Shown: positions 54,423-64,000 of the stretch, in pieces
Layout: the number at the start of each line of letters is the position of its first letter
Position numbering within the stretch: the first letter of the stretch is position 1
NCBI GenBank assembly: GCA_012295275.1
Contig: CM022665.1
Location: 42,842,001 to 42,906,000, forward strand
Direction: 5' to 3'
From: Chrysomallon squamiferum
Taxonomy: Eukaryota > Animalia > Mollusca
Length of the DNA: 64,000 nt
Position numbers and translations under genes: made by a program
The notes under the pieces: model-generated
What the model saw: only the letters and a program-made list of their open reading frames with translations
What the model was told of the DNA's origin: nothing
The model's database searches: none

Positions 54423-56864
54423 AAAATAAAAAAAAGATAATAACAAAAAAATTAAAGAAAATATAATTTGATATGAAAGTAATCCAGTATGCTTAAAGCA
54501 GTTTTAAAATCATGTGATTTTTTTTTTTTTTTGTTTACCTGTTAATATTTTTATTACTATTTACAAGTTTCATTTCCTCTTATTCTGTCATGGATGAGTT
54601 AAAGCTAGGTATTTAGAGCAAATGCTTGAGGAGTCGTGGATTCTGAATGATCTGTTCAAAGTACATCCATCCAGCTATTTCCCAATCCAGACACACACAC
54701 ACACACACACAAAAGGCTATGTTTTATATTTTCCTGTTTAATGGAAGGCGAATACAGAAAAATCACTTGTTGCTAATTGTTAACAATAGTCCAGTTAATG
54801 GCAGTGGCAATATTTCTTTGTCATGTCATTACATTAAAATAAGTTTTATACTGATTATCTCTAAACTATCATATGATTTCATAATGTGATTGTAAGACAT
54901 GGATGCCTAGTACAGACACTTAAAGAATTATCATTTTTAGCATGCATTTATTCACAGACAGTATAACACATGTGTCTTTTGATTACCCTTTTGTCAATCA
55001 CTGTTGGGGATGTGACATAATTCAGGGAGTCCTACAGTTAGGATTGATCCAGCAACCTTTTACATCCAAAGTTATCACTCTGCTGTAAAATCATAAGTTT
55101 TTTTCACATTCTATCGTTGAGGTATTACATCTGTTTATGAATAAATGTGACAATAAACAAACATCTCTCTTCCCAACAGTCTCATAACAGATCCTCTGAC
55201 GTCAGAAAAATTTGTGTTTTAAATATAACTCTATCTTTTATAGCAGAGAAATATTTTATAAGTTCAGAAGATAACCCACAGTTTTTATTGGTAAAATAAA
55301 TATGCCTGAAAATCAGGAAAAAATATGACAGAGAATGATAAACCAGTCATGAAAAGTAAGTTTTTTTACAGTGTGACATATAACATTTATCTCCCTACTG
55401 TGCTTACATCCCATATTCTCTAGGTAAATAGAGATATTAGATAAATAAAGCAATCAATTGTATGTGATTAGATAATAATTATTATCATTGTTGTTGTTCT
55501 GGTTCTTGTTATTATTATTATTGTTGTTGTAGTTAAAATAATTATTGTTATTATTATTATCATCATTACTGTTATTATTGTTCTTTTGTTGTTGTTATTG
55601 TTACTGTATTTATAGTCATTACTTTTATTATAAATAATTATTACCATCATTTTATATATATGAGTGTGTGTGTGTGTGTTTTTGTATATGTATGGAGAAA
55701 GAGAGAGAGAGAGACAGACATATAAATTTAAGAAAATAAAAATGTTCCCAGAATACAAACCACACTTACTGATCTTGTTTCAACAAACATAACAAGCAAA
55801 CAATTAAATACTTTATTATATATTTTGTAATGAAGTCAATACAAAACAGTCTAAGTACACAATGGAAAACAAACCCACATGTGAATTATTTTAATTCATT
55901 GGAACAATAGCCAATTACAATGATGTTTTGGGGTCTCAACATAAGTATTAGACCTGACAATAACAATAATTAACCAAAACCACCAATATATTATTATTAT
56001 TAATCAATAATTTAGCCAATATGGATGGATTTCACATTCTAAGCCTGTCCTAAGTAATGGTTAAGACAACAACAACAACACAACAACAGCAACAAAAGAA
56101 GCAATATTAAGACAACAACAGCAGAAATAGCAGCAATATTAAGACAACAGCAGCAGCAGCAATATCAGCAATGCTAAGATGAAAACCACAACAGCAGCAA
56201 TGTTAAGACAACAAGAAGAATGTTCATATTATTTTGTTTTATTAATTTGTAACATCACCAGAACCATTTAACTATTATCTAAGTACAAAACCAGAAATAA
56301 TTAAATCCAGAGTATTATCTTAATTATCCAGTCCCTGGCTACCAAAAGCAAGAACCAGGAAATATCAAATCTGAATGAATTCCCTTACGTGGCAAGCAGG
56401 AATTGAATTAACAGCAGAGCAGTTTTTCAGTAATGAGTTAAAAGCTTATTTCAGTCACAGTGTACGGGGTCTGTAATTAACACTGTGCAGCAGTTGAAGC
56501 TTAATTCAATAGCAGCTCCAGTAAGTAGCATCATCTGTCAAGAATTGTAGTGAAATTTGGCAGGATGTTCCAAATTGTGTCACCTCCACCTTGTTTCATC
56601 ATTTAAACTATACATTCTTTTGACTGTAATTTTATTTTATTTTATTAAATGTATATATTAGCTCTCTAGGAGGCCTACAGTATTTTGTGTGTGTGTGTAG
56701 TATCATCTTTATAAATTATAGTCTATGAACTCAGTGTTCCTGATCCCTTTTGTTTTAAGACTTGTTTTCTAAGCTTTGTGTACTCTGGACTATGTTCTTT
56801 CAGCACTGTCCTATCAGCTCTGCGTTCTGTAATCTTTGCTTTATCCTTGGCCATAATGTTCTAT

Positions 56865-57262
56865 CATTCTCTTGGTTCTTAGGTTCCCACATTCCCTTGG
56901 TTCTTATATTCCCTCATTCCTTGGGTCTTATGTTCCCTCATTCTCTTGGTTCTTAGGTTCCTTTATTCCCTTGGTTTTTATGTTCCCTCATTCTCTTGGT
57001 TCTTAGGTTCACTCATTCCCTTGGTTCTTAGGTTCCCTCATTCCCTTGGTTTTTATGTTCCCTCATTCCCTTGGTTCTTAGGTTCCCTCATTCCCTTGGT
57101 TTTTATGTTCCCTCATTCCCTTGGTTCTTAGGTCCCCTCATTCCCTTGGTTCTTAGGTTCACTCATTCTCTTGGTTCTTAGGTTCCCTCATTCCCTTGGT
57201 TTTTATGTTCCCTCATTCCCTTGGTTCTTAGGTTCCCTCATTCCCTTGGTTCTTAGGTTCCC
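56865..57262. repeat. 25-bp minisatellite, about 16 copies
   Basis: Unit CATTCCCTTGGTTCTTAGGTTCCCT with variant CATTCCCTTGGTTTTTATGTTCCCT. Confidence 0.95.
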
Positions 57263-60059
57263 TTGTTGCCCTTTTCATGTTCCCCCCTAAGGATTCATTC
57301 CCTTCTTTGGTTCATTTAGGTTATATTCCATCATTCCCTTTTAAATTCCCTTGGATATCTTTTATATTCCCTTTATTCCTTCCTTTCATTTGTTCTGGTT
57401 CATGAGGTTCCATTATCTCCCATGTGTGTATGTGTGTTTGTGTGTTAATTTGTTTTTTTTTGCCTTGCTACAAAATATTTACAACCTTGGAGAGGTAGGT
57501 AGCTGTAATTGGAATGGAAATGTTCTGTTTTACAACAATGGCCAGACCTGTACCTGTACAGTATTTATACATACATACATACACACACAACATCTCATTT
57601 TCACCTGTGTGAATTAACATTCTGACAGGTAGCTGAGAATTATTTCCTGTGTGGGAATGTCCATTAAGCCAGTAGAGAGCCCATTATAGCTGCAAGCTGT
57701 TGGGAAGTGGAGCATGAATGTAAGGTGGGGGCTCATCGAGGTGTGGGGGTCAGCAAGTTGTGGGGGGATGAAATTAAAGACCTGCTGAAAGCTGAGTGAC
57801 TAATTGTTGCTGTGTATTGAGTTGGGACAGGATTGCAAGCAAAATATATATATTACATTTTTTTTATATTTTTTTTTTTTTATTTTTTTTTGATGATATA
57901 TTTTCAAACATATGCATTATTATCCCATTACCTTTATGAAATCTGCTATGGTGGGAGAGTTACTAGAATGGGAAATAAGCATAAAATGGACATTAACTGT
58001 GGAAGAAAATGGACAAAATCTGCACACTTAATAGCTTTGTCCACTTATGTTTGTTAGGCTGCTGGTACCTTATTTAATAATTTCTATTTAAGTTTTAATT
58101 TTTAATTTTTAACAAGCATAATCAACAGCAGAGACTGTCGTCTGTCTTCACTGAAAATTTCATCAAGAAAGCTTGATTATTAACAAAGATAGAGGGGAAA
58201 ATGTCAAAGAATAGCTATTCTTGTTTGTTCACAAACCTTTACTGACTTAAATAGTGTTTAAGTGGATGAAGATAAGTGTTTAATAGGGAATTGGTAAATT
58301 CCTGTTACCTCCTTAATTTTCAACATGTTCACTTGATTTTGGTATTATTTTAAAGGGGTTCACAAACTCTACCCAAGAAAATGTTGTCTAAATACCTACC
58401 GTGAGAACTGATCCTGCAACAAATCACTTCTGAAGGGATTATGGTTTACAACCAAAAATATAGTAAACATATTTTGTTTCAACAAAAATTTCTGAAACAG
58501 GAACAGTTTATACTTAAATAACAGAAAAGAGTCATAACAACCCTTTCTTGGAAGGTTTTTAAATTTTTTGACAAAAAGTACAAAAAGAGGTCAAAGGTCT
58601 CTTGGTGAGCAATAAGATCTCTTTTATGTCTCTTTTTTCCCAGAGACTGTCTGGTCACACTTCACTGACTTCAGAGACACACACACAAAGTGGCCACTGA
58701 TGGATAATGAACTCCCACCTGTCACATGCAGAGCAAGTGCTTTAACATTGAGTAATTCTATTTAGTTTGCAATTTCATACACAAGACAAATGTTAAAATA
58801 TGTTCACACTGTAATCCTTTACTGGTGTTAAATTTTGTAAGAGTGTTTTATTTTCAATTCAAATGTTAATGACTGTAATTCCACTCACATACATTTACTC
58901 CATGTCTGAATTACACAGTCTTCCTGTAAATAAATATTATTTAAAAAAAATTGCAAAAATTTGAAGAAAAAAAAAATTGTAAAACAAATAATTTTTAAAA
59001 AATCTTTCATAAAGCTTGGACATATTTTTGGTTCAAACTGACATGGCTTTAATTAAACAAACTGTAATGACACAATATAATGGATACAGAAACAATGAAA
59101 AATAAAAAAAAAAAAAATACTGGCAATAGCATGCCACAACACTTCGGCAGCAAATGAAAAACAAAAAAACATCCAACAAAAAACATGTCTGTTATTTCTA
59201 ACAATGGAGAGGAAGAAGTGTCTAACCTCATCGACTGATTACGATAAAACAGAGAAACCATTCTCCAATTTTGTTTGTGAACATCAAGAGGTGACAGACG
59301 CCATCAAAATAACCATGTTTGTTTGTGAAAGTAAGTCTGTACAGCAGTATCACACAATGTGGAGAAAAAGAAGTACAAAGTAATAATGTGTAACTGTGTT
59401 ATGAAAGTGATGAGAATCAGAACTGGGACAATTTGTATAACAGTGTTATTTTTATTTTATTTATATGCTTGTTTGCTGGGTAGACTGTATTTTTATTTTT
59501 ATTGTTATTTTAAAATGGGACATCAAAGGTAAAACAAAATAAATAAATTAATAAGCCCATCATTTTTTATACAGACTCCAGAGACAACAAATACTCATCA
59601 GCCATGGAAGAACTATGTAATAAAAAGAAAAAAAAAACAACAACAAAAAAATATATAAAACAATAAAAAATAAATTAACAAATAAATTTAGTATCAACCA
59701 TGATATATAACCTGTTTATTTCACACTTGCTGGACAGTCTAAAAAGTCAACAGAAATTCTCTGAGACAAAATGATAATGCAGGCAGCTAAAAATTATGAC
59801 TCAACTACCTGGCTGTGTACAGGTATTTGTAATCAAGTATCCTGTCACAGATAACACACCTGAGATATGTGTACCTGCCTGTCACACTTGCCAGACGGAC
59901 CATGACAGTTTGAATGTTAAAGTGTAGGTGTGTTTGTTTCAGTGTTATAGATATGATGGTTTTAGATTTCATGCAGTTTCTGTACAAGATATATGTGTGT
60001 GACAAGTGATGTATCTGTATTTGAATAGACATTCACTTATGTTTGTATGGACATACAAG

Positions 60060-60096
<37 letters not shown>

Positions 60097-60109
60097 ATGT
60101 ATGTATATG

Positions 60110-60140
<31 letters not shown>

Positions 60141-60233
60141 GCATGTATACACATGTGCATATGCATGCATGTGTGTTGTGCATATATGTGTTTGGGTATG
60201 GGTAAAAGCATGTGTATATGTGGATGTGCACAA

Positions 60234-60279
<46 letters not shown>

Positions 60280-60730
60280 GTTTTTATATGCATTCATTCA
60301 CATGCGTGTCTGTTTATATACATTTTATGAATGGATGTGAAGAAAGGTATGTGTGGACACTCAAACAAATGCTATCAGAATCTAATATTAATAATAATAA
60401 TAATAAGCTAACAAAACAATATTTGCGTTTTCAGAATCAACAGTCTCACTCTGTCTGTATATCGGACAGTACACAAATAAAGACACATTCTTTCTACACG
60501 TCGCATTTGCTGTTTGCCCCTGGCCAGGAAAATATTGAATCAGAAAAGCTGTTTAGATGATGCATAACCACACACAAGATATGCCTGTAATGTTAATGCC
60601 AGACTGTGATCAATATATGTAATCATGGCTTTTTTTCTCTCGGGGGCGACACTGCGATTGACAAAGTTCATTGTACCATTTGATTGGGAAATTTGTGCAT
60701 GTATCTAGATGTAGTTATGTTTATAATAAT

Positions 60731-60774
<44 letters not shown>

Positions 60775-60797
60775 TCTGGATATTCCTGTGTATATTT

Positions 60798-60841
<44 letters not shown>

Positions 60842-62400
60842 CACACACACATTCACATTCACACACACACACAGACACATGCACACAGACACATACATAC
60901 ACACACAAAAAACATACATACACACACACAGAGACATACATGCACACACAGTGACACATACATATATACACACATATACATGTCTGTGTGTATGTGTATG
61001 TGCGTATGTATGTGAGCAATGTATGTGAGCAATGTCTGTATATATCTATTTCTCTTTCAATTGCTTTATAAAGCAGTTTAAGGCTTTTCTACTGACTGCT
61101 TTTGATCCCTTTAAATTATATTAGAGATGACTGTGTTACCTCAGAATGGATAATGGATATTTCTCATATTACCAAATGTCAAGCTTATAAATATATTCTA
61201 TTTTATTTTCAAGCTGACAGTATAACAGTACCAATTACTTGTGACATAAAATAAGAAATATGATAACATAGGTATGTGTGGTATTTTAATTTCTCAATTT
61301 TTAATCCATACATAGCATATATACATATAAAATTCATTCACACTTGCAGATATATCCAACAGAAATATAAACTTACATTTACATTACTATAAATATACAC
61401 AGTATCTTTTTTTATATTCAAGCATATTCACTTAAATATTCATGTATTAATGCCTGCATATGTACACACATTCACACATGTGTGTGTCTGCACATATATA
61501 TTATATACATATAAACATTAACCATTCATTTCAGTCACCCTTTTTCTCTCACACACACACATATACATCCACTTAAAACACATTTACAAACATTTTGGAT
61601 CTACATATTCAAAACTTTTCACACAAAAAAATAATTATGTCTACCTTGTATGGGTTAAATCTCAACAGGTATTCAGAAAGTTTGCAATAAAATACATATA
61701 CTTGATATTTAAAAGCTTCAGTGATAAACATTCAGACTTTGACTCTGCATAACACCATTATAGCGATGTATATAAATGTGTGTGCATGTGTGTGTGTGTG
61801 TGCATGCATCATGCGTGTGTTTGTGTGTGCATGCATGCATGCATGCATGTGTTAGTGAAATATCAATATTTACATGACGATTACATAAATAATACTTGTA
61901 TATAATAATGTATGTATGCAGTAATATGTAAAAATAATATATTCCACAAACAATGTCATAAAAGTTAAAAACTGGGGTTTTTTTTAATACACTGACCCAG
62001 ATTAATTATTTTATCTACAATGACAAATATATACTCATCACATACTAATTGTTGTTAATAAATTTTCTGTCATCAGCAACATTAATATATACACCCACAA
62101 TGTCATTTTAAGAAAAGGTTTTCAATTAATTTAATAAAATAAAAAAATATACATATACTTTAGAGATAAATATGAAACTCTTTTGAAGAAAGCTAATTTC
62201 TATTTATTTTTCTAGTTAAGACTGAAAAAAAGTTTGAAATTTAAAAAAATAAAATTAAAATTAAAAAATCAAGAATAATGAAAATCAGTATTTGGTTTCA
62301 TGTTAATATTATAATTTTAATTATGGGGTATTTGTATTCTTATTTTTTTTTTACATTATATTTACATTTCATTGTTTGTGTAGCATAATAATTAGAAACA

Positions 62401-62445
<45 letters not shown>

Positions 62446-62777
62446 CATCATTGTTCGTATCAATATTAAATAATTTCAGAATTATAACCTTTTTATAAAA
62501 AATAAAATAAAGCAATGAAATAAATAAATTGAAAAAAAAAAAATTAAAAAAATAATAATAAAAAACAAATTAAAAAAAAGTATTATAAAAAAACAACATA
62601 AAAGAAAACAAAATCATCATTTTTCACAGTAAGAACCATTAAGAGAAAAAGAACACTGTAGAATTTACTTGGTGGTGTTAAACTCCACCTTCTGTAACAT
62701 CCACTATCTGGTTCCAGTTCTTTAGAAAATTACTGTGCACACATACACAAGTGAAAAAAACCATATCAAAAGACCTT

Positions 62778-62820
<43 letters not shown>

Positions 62821-63770
62821 ATAAATAAAAACATTGTTTAACATAATACATAAAAACAGAATCCTATTAGAAATAAATCTACATAATAAAGTAAATTATT
62901 TTAAATAATAAAGATAAATCAGTTGTGAGTATGTGTACATGTGTGTGTGTCATTTCTTGTAAACAGGAGGTCACATACCACATTCTTTGATAAACCAGTT
63001 ATGGAGGTTAGGAATAAACGTGATTCAGCAGTTCACCTAGCCTACAGTCTTAAGATAAAAGGAACTTTAAAAAGCAAGTTAATGTTTCATTTTGAAACAT
63101 CCAGAAAGGTAACCTGTACAAAGGATGTTTATCCAAGCATATAATTAGCTTCTTGTAAGTTTTCCTAACCTAAGCTACGTTTCAGTAGACTGTGTGTTAA
63201 TATTACATAACAAAACATGTACCAAGTTATTACACAGCTGGCTGTCAGATTCGAGTTATATTACACCTGAAGAAAAAAAAAACAATTCAGTAAGTAATAA
63301 GGCAATGAGAATGAATATTTGAGTTTTTCATCAAAATAATGCACCTTTTCCTCATTATTTAATTTTAAAAAATTTTATTTTTTATTTTTACTATTATTAT
63401 TATGTTCTTTTTTTTTTTTTTATTAAATTAAATAATGATTTTGTGTTCTTTATAATGAAATTTCAGGTTGATTATTTGATGGATAGTTTGGCAGTGAATG
63501 TAAAAGGACAAACTTCATTCTCATAGCCCTGAGGTGCAGAACATGTAAATGTTTATCTGACAGATTAAAGGAAGTTTTGCTGCTTGTTTCATTGTTCTTC
63601 GAATCTTTAAGGACAGAGATGTATGCTCCTTCAAATTTGAGACAGCAGGCAGAATGTACTTGAATTTCAAATACAACACAAAGAGATGATTAACAAGATA
63701 GTTTTAAAAATATATATATATGTTATTATGTACATATGTACATATGTATGTATTTTAAGTATGTATGTGT

Positions 63771-63968
63771 GTATTTATGCATGTATGTACATTACTATAT
63801 ATGTATTTATGCATGTATGTACATTACTATATATGTATATATGTATGTATGTATTTATGTATTTATGTATTTATGCATGTATGTACATTACTATATATGT
63901 ATTTATGCATGTATGTACATTACTATATATGTATATATGTATGTATGTATTTATGTATTTATGCATGT
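63771..63968. repeat. 96-bp tandem duplication built from (TATG)-derived subunits
   Basis: ORF 63686-63970 shows an exact 32-aa periodicity. Confidence 0.85.
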
Positions 63969-64000
63969 AAGTTACTATGTATGTATATCTGTGTGCAAAC

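Noticed and set aside
56865-57262. TTAGG within the 25-bp repeat as interstitial telomere
   Set aside because: A single pentamer per unit in only some units, not a tandem telomeric array
28337-61028. Numerous poly-I/L/Y/N and CV/TH/YI-rich ORFs in the track
   Set aside because: Translations of (AAT)n, (GT)n, (AT)n and (TATG)n microsatellites

Overview
AT-rich, microsatellite-dense animal genomic DNA (invertebrate, probably a mollusc; inferred from composition and protein style only). Two convergent intron-containing genes can be reconstructed exon by exon. On + is TRNT1, the CCA-adding tRNA nucleotidyltransferase: 7 coding exons, 4367-9174, about 440 aa, preceded by a CpG-rich ~4 kb promoter-like region. 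On - is the MAGUK PALS1/MPP5/Stardust (ECR1/ECR2-L27-PDZ-SH3-HOOK-GUK): 11 exons from 36132 to 15794, plus a candidate first coding exon at 46642-46570. The otherwise well-conserved genes carry three 1-2 nt frame breaks (TRNT1 at ~5470 and ~6974; PALS1 at ~36022). Consensus/assembly errors are the most parsimonious explanation, but they need checking. Repairing the PALS1 break reveals a hidden ~90-aa N-terminal extension and a frame-symmetric 1056-nt exon. PALS1 introns and upstream DNA hold a ~1.6 kb foldback-like element, a mariner-derived MITE, degraded tRNA-type SINE heads, many minisatellites and clusters of CAGGTA/CAGGTG motifs. Most ORF-track entries are microsatellite artefacts. I found no CRISPR array, rRNA or intact tRNA, and no clearly novel multi-gene system.
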